A stretch of 59,716 nucleotides of DNA from IMG/VR virus record IMGVR_UViG_3300046804_002051, positions 1 through 59,716 of that record; one strand, written 5' to 3'. The notes under the pieces are model-generated. The model searched no databases, was not told the origin of the DNA, and saw only the letters and a list, made by a program, of their open reading frames with translations. Shown here piece after piece: positions 19,983-27,013 of this stretch (within the stretch, counting starts at the first letter, position 1; each line of letters begins with the position of its first letter). The position numbers and the translations under genes were made by a program. The stretch is from a virus (Duplodnaviria > Caudoviricetes).

Positions 19983-20180
19983 TTAAAACATAAGTCCCAT
20001 AAAAAATGCAATGAATAACATTACAATCAAAGTTATATTGGAGTATTTTCTACCTTCTGGATCATCTTCCCACACATTAGACATCTTATTATATATAGGT
20101 TTATTCATAGCTGCATTCACTAAGAATAAAAATCCTAGTGCACACAATCCTATTATAAACATAATACCTTTAACCATCAT
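19983..20180 (-). CDS. small two-TM membrane protein
   Basis: two hydrophobic helices. Confidence 0.65.
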   Translation of the reverse strand: MMVKGIMFIIGLCALGFLFLVNAAMNKPIYNKMSNVWEDDPEGRKYSNITLIVMLFIAFFMGLMF

Positions 20181-20548
20181 AATGAGTTAATTCTTTTTTG
20201 TAAATATACTAAAGCTTTTTGTAAATCCTCCTTTTCAGTCAATTTATTTTTTTTACCTGCTCTAGCAACATACTTAATCACATTACCTAGATAGAAGTCT
20301 TTATCAAGTCCCCAGGCTTCTAACACCTCAAATACTTCATAAGGATTATCCACACCACCGTAGTAACTTGGTCTTGGTCCTTCATCTAGTTTTACAACTC
20401 TTTTACTCCAGTCTACTTCTGCTGCTGTAGGGCAAGGATTGGTAGTAATACTAGTATCTTTTCCATAAACATCCTTGACCATATCTGCATATGGAGAGTA
20501 TTTATCACCTGGACTTGGAGTATATGTATTATAATTTTTACTTTTCAT
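20177..20548 (-). CDS. DUF3310-family protein
   Basis: PSYYGG ... FYLGNVIKYVARAGKK ... EDLQKALVYL. Confidence 0.85.
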   Translation of the reverse strand: MKSKNYNTYTPSPGDKYSPYADMVKDVYGKDTSITTNPCPTAAEVDWSKRVVKLDEGPRPSYYGGVDNPYEVFEVLEAWGLDKDFYLGNVIKYVARAGKKNKLTEKEDLQKALVYLQKRINSL

Positions 20549-20551
20549 AGC

Positions 20552-20845
20552 TTACCATACTATAATTACATCACCTTCATTAAGAACAAGTTTGATAGAA
20601 CCATCAATGTCAATTCTCTCTACAGTCTCCATGTTTAATGATGATGTTCTTACATATACTTGATCTCCTTCTTGTACTTCTTCTACTTTATCTCCTATGG
20701 CATAAACAGTAAGTTTACTCCAGAGCTTTGCAGCTTCCTGCATCATTGCCTCTTCATCTTTTGCAGATAGTTCAATACTAGACTTTTTTCTTTCAGGTAC
20801 ACTTAACAGAATAGTCCTGCCTCTTAGTTTTTTAAATGGTTTCAT
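20552..20845 (-). CDS. GroES/Cpn10-like co-chaperonin
   Basis: KLRGRTILL ... SSIEL ... VYAIGDKVEEVQEGDQVYV ... LVLNEGDVI matches the Cpn10 pattern. Confidence 0.75.
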   Translation of the reverse strand: MKPFKKLRGRTILLSVPERKKSSIELSAKDEEAMMQEAAKLWSKLTVYAIGDKVEEVQEGDQVYVRTSSLNMETVERIDIDGSIKLVLNEGDVIIVW

Positions 20846-20865
20846 TATTTGTTGGTTTTAAAAAT

Positions 20866-21180
20866 TTACGCATCATAACTTTTAGACTTATCTTTTCCCT
20901 TATTCCTTAGATCATAAATAGGAAGTTCTGGTTGAATCAATAAATCCATTTTGATTTTTTCTAGCAGTCCAATCACTGCAAAATTTTCATAGGCCTTTTC
21001 ACCTAGATGTACTTCTATCCCATTATCGGTTTCCATCAAGGATAGAATAACTTTACTTTCTGACATGTTTATTTTTTTAAGGAGCTCATCATATACCATT
21101 CTAGCCTCTAAGTTAGAGTCTGTTCTTTCTGCAACAAACAACCATAACTTTTTTTGCTGATCAGTCATTTCATATAACAA
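20866..21180 (-). CDS. hypothetical protein
   Basis: ORF behind the promoter at 21194; true start may be the in-frame ATG at 21168. Confidence 0.6.
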   Translation of the reverse strand: MLYEMTDQQKKLWLFVAERTDSNLEARMVYDELLKKINMSESKVILSLMETDNGIEVHLGEKAYENFAVIGLLEKIKMDLLIQPELPIYDLRNKGKDKSKSYDA

Positions 21181-21193
21181 ACTTTGTGGAGAA

Positions 21194-21201
21194 CAAATAT
21201 A
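21194..21201 (-). promoter_or_regulatory. Bacteroidota -7 element TATATTTG
   Basis: TAnnTTTG consensus. Confidence 0.65.
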
Positions 21202-21222
21202 TAAATTTTTTTTGTTTAAACT

Positions 21223-21248
21223 AAAAACCCCAGAAAAATTTCCAGGGT
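21223..21248 (-). terminator. intrinsic terminator
   Basis: ACCCTGGAAA/TTTCTGGGGT stem plus T run on the minus strand. Confidence 0.7.
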
Positions 21249-21299
21249 CTCTAGCTTATTAATCAATAAAACTTAATATGAACTTGGTAAAGGTAATAA

Positions 21300-21743
21300 T
21301 TATTTTTTAAAGAATCCTTTTTTAGGTTCTTCTTTTTTATTAAACCCTAACTTCTCTATAATCTTGTTAGCCTCTTCTTCAGCATAAGCAAGGATCTCTT
21401 CTTCTTTATTCTTTACATCCCAGTTATGAAGTAATAAAGACAAGTGTCCGGTCTCATGCATAACTGCAGTACACTTCTCTGTCAAACTGTACCTACTAAA
21501 GGTACCAATGTTAATAAATAGAAAAGGTTTGTACGGTGCCTTCCCAGTCAACTTCTTATCTGCTGGATCATAGTTAGTCCACCCATAAATATAAACCCCA
21601 TTACCTTTAGTCTTATCAACTTCTTCTGCCTTGGCATCTTTAAGATTCAACCCGTGCATCTCATCCACACCATAGTAGTCAAAGATCTCTGTAGCATCCT
21701 TACCTGCTAAGAGAACATATTTACCCATGTCAAACTTTTTCAT
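21300..21743 (-). CDS. putative zincin metalloprotease-like protein
   Basis: AVMHETGH (HExxH) followed by EEEILAY as a candidate third ligand. Confidence 0.55.
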   Translation of the reverse strand: MKKFDMGKYVLLAGKDATEIFDYYGVDEMHGLNLKDAKAEEVDKTKGNGVYIYGWTNYDPADKKLTGKAPYKPFLFINIGTFSRYSLTEKCTAVMHETGHLSLLLHNWDVKNKEEEILAYAEEEANKIIEKLGFNKKEEPKKGFFKK

Positions 21744-21747
21744 AAAG

Positions 21748-21755
21748 CAAATATA
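21748..21755 (-). promoter_or_regulatory. Bacteroidota -7 element TATATTTG, 4 nt before the ATG (likely leaderless mRNA)
   Basis: TATATTTG-CTTT-ATG. Confidence 0.65.
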
Positions 21756-21756
21756 T

Positions 21757-21937
21757 AAAAAAACCCAGACAGTACTTCTTGATCAGAGAAACTTATCTGG
21801 GGTAGATCTTGGTTATACAAACTTAGGTACCTCAGTCTGATTTCCCAGTATCTAAAAAGTCCAGGACTAGTGAGCAGATCTAACGGTATGCTTCCCTGGA
21901 TCTAGACCTGTGTCTATCCCAACACAGGGGGGCTATG
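21757..21937 (-). ncRNA. candidate structured small RNA (about 180 nt) between promoter TATCTTTG (21941-21948) and a terminator hairpin (21757-21801)
   Basis: no ORF; stems CCTGTGT/ACACAGG, TCCAGG/CCTGGA and CCCAGA/TCTGGG plus T7. Confidence 0.45.
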
Positions 21938-21950
21938 ATGCAAAGATAAA

Positions 21951-22025
21951 CAAAACCCCGGTACATTACTACCAGGGTCTGTCTGAGTAAATAAACTTCT
22001 TATGCAAGAAACTTCTACAAATATA
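21951..22025 (-). ncRNA. candidate tiny transcript: promoter TATATTTG (22018-22025), about 35 nt, then terminator (21951-21978)
   Basis: 9-bp stem ACCCTGGTA/TACCGGGGT plus TTTG; no ORF. Confidence 0.35.
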
Positions 22026-22069
22026 AAAATTTTTTTTGGAATTTAAAATCTTGTAAATAAGAGAATGTG

Positions 22070-22205
22070 ATGACCCCCTAGTCAGAGCCACCCCGGCCGT
22101 GTCACAGCTGGGGGTACCCCCCATCTCTTCCTACAGGGTGTCTCTGGTCTGACTAAGAAAAAACTTTTTTCCTGTGCCAGAGAAAAAACTTTTGTCAAGT
22201 CAGAC
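22070..22205. repeat. GC-rich palindromic/inverted-repeat island at the strand switch (candidate genome-terminus junction or origin)
   Basis: GGGGGTACCCCC palindrome 22110-22121; TAGTCAGA/TCTGACTA inverted repeat; AGAAAAAACTTTT direct repeat at 22156 and 22181. Confidence 0.55.
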
Positions 22206-22207
22206 TG

Positions 22208-22224
22208 TGGCTAACCCATCAACT
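22208..22224 (+). promoter_or_regulatory. early promoter candidate P1 (GCTAACCC motif)
   Basis: GCTAACCC-n3/4-ACT motif repeated at 22525 and 23089. Confidence 0.5.
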
Positions 22225-22243
22225 GCATACAAAATAAATTTGT

Positions 22244-22486
22244 ATGAAAGATCAACTTCCAACTCAGTCAGCTCTGGTGAGCATCCTTCCTTTGAAGTCT
22301 CATGACTTCCTTTATGGTATAAAGAAAGTCAACACGGAATCCTGGTTGCCCAGAATTCCTAAAGCCGTTGTCAAAGATCTTATCCAATCTCCTGGATTGT
22401 ATAACATCATTTACCGGCTTTACAAGAATGCAGCTGGATATGAATCCATCTACATTCAATCAGCACAACAGATTGTGACCAAATAA
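22244..22486 (+). CDS. first early gene, hypothetical 80 aa
   Basis: between P1 and a terminator; A-rich leader. Confidence 0.6.
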   Translation: MKDQLPTQSALVSILPLKSHDFLYGIKKVNTESWLPRIPKAVVKDLIQSPGLYNIIYRLYKNAAGYESIYIQSAQQIVTK

Positions 22487-22502
22487 GGTCACATCTGTTT
22501 TG
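22468..22502 (+). terminator. hairpin terminator
   Basis: ACAGAT(T)GTGACC/GGTCACATCTGT plus T run. Confidence 0.7.
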
Positions 22503-22514
22503 CTTTTTCATTTT

Positions 22515-22539
22515 CCCTCTTTTGGCTAACCCTTAACTT
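22515..22539 (+). promoter_or_regulatory. early promoter candidate P2
   Basis: CCCTCTTTTGGCTAACCCTTAACTT. Confidence 0.55.
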
Positions 22540-22579
22540 ATCTTGATAATAATTATTCATTAACTAAAATTTAAACATT

Positions 22580-23017
22580 ATGAAAGCAGTTTATGCAGGA
22601 AATTACATCCGTAAAGAAGGGGAACAAAAAGGTAAAACTTTTCACATTTACACCATTAAGGGTACAGTGGAAGAAATTAAACAGTATATTAATTCCCCGC
22701 AATTTAAACAGTATCCAAGAAAGTCTGCAACAGGTGAACCACAGTTGCATACAATGTATATGGATGCATTTAGAGATGAGTTGCCATTGTATCTTAAACA
22801 AGATGGAAACTTTACATTGGATCAATCTGAAACAAGAAAAGATGTTGCAAGATTGGAAATGTTAGAACAAACAAGTAGTGTTCTAGCAAGTGCATTTGCA
22901 AACAGATTAGCAGACAAAGTATTTGGTGCAGGTAAAGTATCAAGCAGTACTGCAAATTCATTCATACCAGAACCTGTAGCAACAGGTGATGATGCAACAT
23001 TGAATGAAGATTTGTAA
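22580..23017 (+). CDS. early hypothetical protein with acidic C-terminus
   Basis: 145 aa; has its own promoter and terminator. Confidence 0.75.
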   Translation: MKAVYAGNYIRKEGEQKGKTFHIYTIKGTVEEIKQYINSPQFKQYPRKSATGEPQLHTMYMDAFRDELPLYLKQDGNFTLDQSETRKDVARLEMLEQTSSVLASAFANRLADKVFGAGKVSSSTANSFIPEPVATGDDATLNEDL

Positions 23018-23032
23018 GCATTAATGATGAGT

Positions 23033-23064
23033 GAGTAGGACTTAGGTCCTACTCTTCATTTTTT
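23033..23064 (+). terminator. intrinsic terminator
   Basis: GAGTAGGAC-TTAG-GTCCTACTC plus T-rich tail. Confidence 0.75.
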
Positions 23065-23077
23065 AGTAATTATTTCA

Positions 23078-23103
23078 CCCTCTTTTTTGCTAACCCTTTA
23101 CTT
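23078..23103 (+). promoter_or_regulatory. early promoter candidate P3
   Basis: CCCTCTTTTTTGCTAACCCTTTACTT. Confidence 0.55.
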
Positions 23104-23178
23104 TAATTGGGAAATAATGCTACTGCATTATTTTGATTTTTTTAGTAAATAGTATATGTCTACAGCATTAGTAATGAT

Positions 23179-23370
23179 TACTCAATACTCAATAACATTT
23201 ACTAGAAATATAATATTATATATTTATTATACAGTGTGTGCATACTCAACATAGAAACTATTATTATATATTCTACAAATGTGTGCACGGAAAACTGTAA
23301 ATATAAGTGTGAGAATGTTATTGAGTATTACTCTCTTCCTAGTTTCTTAGGTAGAAGAACTACTCAATAA
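23179..23370. repeat. five TACTCAA heptamers in an AT-rich ORF-free region
   Basis: 23179, 23186, 23243, 23361 (+) and 23321 (inverted). Confidence 0.55.
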
Positions 23371-23432
23371 TTATAATATTATATATTACTATTAATTAAT
23401 TAATATAGCTAACTTTTAAAACAAATATAAAT

Positions 23433-23714
23433 ATGAAAACAAAAATTTATGATTCATTTGTAATAGGCATTGTAGTAGGTGCTCTATCATTCTGTATAAT
23501 ACAAGTTATACTTGGTTATGCATATGCAAGTTCAGTATCAAAGACTCCGGAAAAGGTATCAAAAGACTGGACAGATGTTGGTGGTAACATTGACATAGAA
23601 TATTATCTAGAAGTAAGCGAAGATAGTATTTGGATTGAGAATACTCAATCACATAGAGTATATGGTGGTACATATACTCAATTAGATTCATTAGTAACAA
23701 TTGATAACCAATAA
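23433..23714 (+). CDS. membrane-anchored hypothetical protein
   Basis: N-terminal TM helix. Confidence 0.65.
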   Translation: MKTKIYDSFVIGIVVGALSFCIIQVILGYAYASSVSKTPEKVSKDWTDVGGNIDIEYYLEVSEDSIWIENTQSHRVYGGTYTQLDSLVTIDNQ

Positions 23715-23727
23715 ATAATTAAATAAT

Positions 23728-23961
23728 ATGAATGCAACTATGATTCAACACAGAGAGTATGTAGATCAACTACATACAGCAGAACAAAAGATTAATACTA
23801 GTCTTATTAAGTATGCAGAACAATTCTTCGGGAAAAGATTGTCAACAAAAGAAACTAATGATTTAATAGCTATGGATGTCTATGACAAAATATGGTTATT
23901 AGATCAATACAAGTTTGAAGTTAACTATGTTAAAGAACCTGACTTATGTAACTTGTATTAA
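23728..23961 (+). CDS. hypothetical protein
   Basis: 77-aa ORF in operon context. Confidence 0.65.
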   Translation: MNATMIQHREYVDQLHTAEQKINTSLIKYAEQFFGKRLSTKETNDLIAMDVYDKIWLLDQYKFEVNYVKEPDLCNLY

Positions 23962-23966
23962 TTTAT

Positions 23967-23994
23967 TATCCTGAGTATGATATAAAACTGCTCA
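23967..23994 (+). ncRNA. small intergenic H-type pseudoknot motif
   Basis: TATC/GATA stem; loop TGAGTA pairs with downstream TGCTCA. Confidence 0.35.
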
Positions 23995-24026
23995 TTATTA
24001 ACTTATAGAAACTTAATTTAAAACTT

Positions 24027-24359
24027 ATGAAAAACTTAAAATTTATAAAAGAAAAAGACAACAAATGGTATGTTGATTTACCTGAATGGACAGGTGATAA
24101 AGCTGATTTAGAAATGGTGTGTGGTGCTGATAGATTACTCGATTATCTATCTAACAAAGGAGATAAAGTTGATACACTAGTATTTGAAGAACCAGTTGAT
24201 GATAGTATTATCCTAACTAAAAGATGGGATATCTATGGTGGTGCTGATTACAGTGTTCAAAATTGTCCGGGTGTTGAGTATGCTTGGTTATGTAAAGTAA
24301 CAAAGTTTGTTTATGATGGTAATTTACCAGAAAAATTATATGTAAAACTTGCGTCATGA
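24027..24359 (+). CDS. conserved phage hypothetical protein (DUF6717-like)
   Basis: WYVDLPEW ... LEMVCGADRLLD ... WLCKVTKFV. Confidence 0.55.
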   Translation: MKNLKFIKEKDNKWYVDLPEWTGDKADLEMVCGADRLLDYLSNKGDKVDTLVFEEPVDDSIILTKRWDIYGGADYSVQNCPGVEYAWLCKVTKFVYDGNLPEKLYVKLAS

Positions 24360-24434
24360 CAGAAATTATAATTATGTTATTATCAGTAGCTCTTGTGTGG
24401 TCACAGAGCTACTTAAACCAAAAAAAATAAAGAA

Positions 24435-24755
24435 ATGATAGTAGAAATTAACTCCGAAAATTACAAAGAGATTATATCTCAAACTGATAAACCTGTATTA
24501 GTAGACTTTTATGCTGATTGGTGTGGACCGTGCAAAATGTTACATCCAGTAATGGAAAAACTTGCTGAAGAATTTGCAGATACTGTAATAATTGCAAAAG
24601 CTAATGTAGAAGATAATAGAGATATGGGTGTAGAATATGGTATTATGAGTATTCCTGCAGTTATTATTTTTAACAAGGGAGAAATGATTGGTAGTAAAAT
24701 GATTGGTGTAAAACCAAAAGATGATTATGCAAATGTCTTAAAAGAATTAGTATGA
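24435..24755 (+). CDS. trxA: thioredoxin
   Basis: VLVDFYADWCGPCK active site; YGIMSIP. Confidence 0.95.
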   Translation: MIVEINSENYKEIISQTDKPVLVDFYADWCGPCKMLHPVMEKLAEEFADTVIIAKANVEDNRDMGVEYGIMSIPAVIIFNKGEMIGSKMIGVKPKDDYANVLKELV

Positions 24756-24994
24756 GAATAAAAAAATTAGAACAAAGAAAAGATCAATTGCTTGATGATT
24801 TGTATATGTTACATTTTGCTGAACCTAGTCCAGAACTATATATGCAAAAAAGACATGAGATTGAGCATGAGATTGCTTGTATTGAAGAAGGAATTGAGAT
24901 TGAAAAGAAAATGTTACCATTCAAATACATGTTGTATGGGTTCATTATGATTGCAATTGGATTATTAATGTGGGCATATGCCGTAAGTAAATGA
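24752..24994 (+). CDS. coiled-coil protein with C-terminal TM helix
   Basis: 80 aa; ATGA overlap. Confidence 0.65.
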   Translation: MRIKKLEQRKDQLLDDLYMLHFAEPSPELYMQKRHEIEHEIACIEEGIEIEKKMLPFKYMLYGFIMIAIGLLMWAYAVSK

Positions 24995-25000
24995 TTAATT

Positions 25001-25225
25001 ATGAAAGAAAAAGTAAATGCAAAGTTTTTAAAACTAGCTCTAGATTTAATGAATGACCAACAGCTTAAATATTTTGCTGATGAAATAGAAGATAGAATGG
25101 ATTATCTTAAAACAAAATTAATAGAAGATGCTAATCAAGAATCTTCAATTGAAATTAAAGAAGAATATGCTGCACTTAAACAAATACGTGGCAAATTTAT
25201 TGTTGATTTAAATATTATATCATGA
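25001..25225 (+). CDS. hypothetical protein
   Basis: 74-aa ORF. Confidence 0.6.
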   Translation: MKEKVNAKFLKLALDLMNDQQLKYFADEIEDRMDYLKTKLIEDANQESSIEIKEEYAALKQIRGKFIVDLNIIS

Positions 25226-25503
25226 AAAAACTGATTATGATTATTGCGGTTATGATTACTGGAGTTGGTTACTCACAAAAATTACCAAACTTTCTCTCTA
25301 GGTCAGAGAAAAGATTCGTGCAGAATGTAATTGAAATAAAAGGTAATAATCCTGTTGAGATTACAAAAAGAAATGATTCACATATTGTGTTAGAATTTAC
25401 TGATGCAATGTATGTACTCAAACCAAATGGTTATGTTGGTGAGATGTGGATTCTTGAAGATGAAGACTGGATACGTCTTCCTTCAGAAGAAGAATGTTAT
25501 TAA
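25222..25503 (+). CDS. exported protein with Sec signal peptide
   Basis: MKKLIMIIAVMITGVGYS|Q (Bacteroidota Q-rule). Confidence 0.65.
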   Translation: MKKLIMIIAVMITGVGYSQKLPNFLSRSEKRFVQNVIEIKGNNPVEITKRNDSHIVLEFTDAMYVLKPNGYVGEMWILEDEDWIRLPSEEECY

Positions 25504-25509
25504 CTTGTT

Positions 25510-25583
25510 AGTCCTGTAGCTCAGGTGGATAGAGCAACTGCCTTCTAAGCAGTAGGTCCTTGGTTCGAATCCAAGTGGGACTA
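25510..25583 (+). tRNA. tRNA-Arg (anticodon UCU)
   Basis: acceptor AGTCCTG/TGGGACT; D arm GCTC..GAGC; anticodon arm ACTGC-CTTCTAA-GCAGT; T arm CTTGG-TTCGAAT-CCAAG; no encoded CCA. Confidence 0.92.
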
Positions 25584-25609
25584 CTAATTTTATTGTTTAA
25601 TTTAAATTT

Positions 25610-25945
25610 ATGATTATGAAATGGTTAGGAAAAATGTTTAAGAAAAAACAGAAAGTTTATAATGTTCCAGGAAAATATAAACTTTTAATTATTGATGATG
25701 AAGCAGAATTGCTACATGAAAATCTTGGTATTATAAGTCCAAGAGCTGAAGAACTTTTAAAAGCATGTATGGATTCATTTGAAGATAACAAACGTGTACA
25801 TACTGCATTAGCAGAAATAGTAGACAAATGTTGTCATACTAATGAAATTGTATTTGCTACTCTTATGATGTCTAAAATCATTGAAAGAAATGAGCAAAAG
25901 AATAGATTACATGATATGTTAAAAGATATGTTTGGCCGTGGATGA
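25610..25945 (+). CDS. hypothetical protein
   Basis: 111-aa ORF. Confidence 0.65.
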   Translation: MIMKWLGKMFKKKQKVYNVPGKYKLLIIDDEAELLHENLGIISPRAEELLKACMDSFEDNKRVHTALAEIVDKCCHTNEIVFATLMMSKIIERNEQKNRLHDMLKDMFGRG

Positions 25946-26159
25946 TATAGTAATATTTGAGTCTGTCTTGGGATTTAATCTCAAGGCAGACATTAGAGAT
26001 GCAAATGGTAACTTGATAAAACCAGGAGTAAAAAGCTCAGTAATACCAAAAGAACTTCCAATAAGAATTTCTACTAAAATTACTGATAGAAGCTTTTTTA
26101 CTCATTTTAATGATGAGTTACTAAGTAAAATAAGACAACACAGAAGATTAACTGATTAA
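25932..26159 (+). CDS. hypothetical protein
   Basis: 75-aa ORF filling the gap; start uncertain. Confidence 0.5.
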   Translation: MAVDDIVIFESVLGFNLKADIRDANGNLIKPGVKSSVIPKELPIRISTKITDRSFFTHFNDELLSKIRQHRRLTD

Positions 26160-26161
26160 TT

Positions 26162-26581
26162 ATGAGAATAAGTGTTAACTATGATGATACTGATGTAGCA
26201 AAAGCACTCAGTAAGATCATCAAAGATTCTAATTCTGAGGAGTTTGTTAAGTTATTTACTCCTATGATATGTAGTAGCTCTCAGACATGTAATCACTTTT
26301 TTAAATTAATGTTGGGTAATAAACTACCTGATGTTATACCTAATGGTACTTTATGCAAAGTAAATGTAGCTAATCTTGGATATGGTGTTAATAGAGATGC
26401 TATTAAAGAGAAATTTGCTGATGATGATGACAAAGTTGTTGTTACTATAAAAGAATTTAGAGGATATCATGAATATAGTGAATATCATATTGAGTACACT
26501 AATGTTTTAGACAATGGTGCTACAAAAAGAGATACTACCTATGTTCAAGCAAGAGATTTAGAAATTATAGAAGAGTTTTAA
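26162..26581 (+). CDS. hypothetical protein
   Basis: 139-aa ORF. Confidence 0.7.
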   Translation: MRISVNYDDTDVAKALSKIIKDSNSEEFVKLFTPMICSSSQTCNHFFKLMLGNKLPDVIPNGTLCKVNVANLGYGVNRDAIKEKFADDDDKVVVTIKEFRGYHEYSEYHIEYTNVLDNGATKRDTTYVQARDLEIIEEF

Positions 26582-26623
26582 GATAGTATATCTGTTGATA
26601 TGCTTTTCCTGACCAAATGATAT

Positions 26624-26645
26624 GGGGAGAGAAATCTCCCCTTTT
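26624..26645 (+). terminator. intrinsic terminator
   Basis: GGGGAGA-GAAA-TCTCCCC plus TTTT. Confidence 0.8.
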
Positions 26646-26731
26646 CATTGTTAGCTATATATTGCTAAATATTATTTGTTTAAATAAACAACATCTTAAT
26701 AAATGATATATATTTATCTGCATATTTATTT

Positions 26732-27013
26732 ATGCCGGTAATGCAATATCAACTCCCTAACGGGAAAGTAGTTCATCTCTCTATAGAAGAGTACCTTGAT
26801 CTTACAGATGAAGATATACAGTACCTCATGTCAATTGACTATGGTGAACATATTAGAGATCCTTTTACTGGTTCTGCTGTAGAAAGCAATAAAAAAGAAA
26901 AATATTATGACTTTGATTTCATCCCAATGGATGATGACGAGTTAAATGATATCATATCTGATGATACACCATTTGATGATATCATTGATTTATCTGATAA
27001 TTTGGATATGTAG
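26732..27013 (+). CDS. very acidic small protein
   Basis: 25 D/E in 93 aa. Confidence 0.7.
   Translation: MPVMQYQLPNGKVVHLSIEEYLDLTDEDIQYLMSIDYGEHIRDPFTGSAVESNKKEKYYDFDFIPMDDDELNDIISDDTPFDDIIDLSDNLDM

Noticed and set aside
22070-22200. tRNA or known ribozyme in the GC-rich island
   Set aside because: No T-loop/cloverleaf, and no hammerhead or HDV-type core could be fitted by eye.
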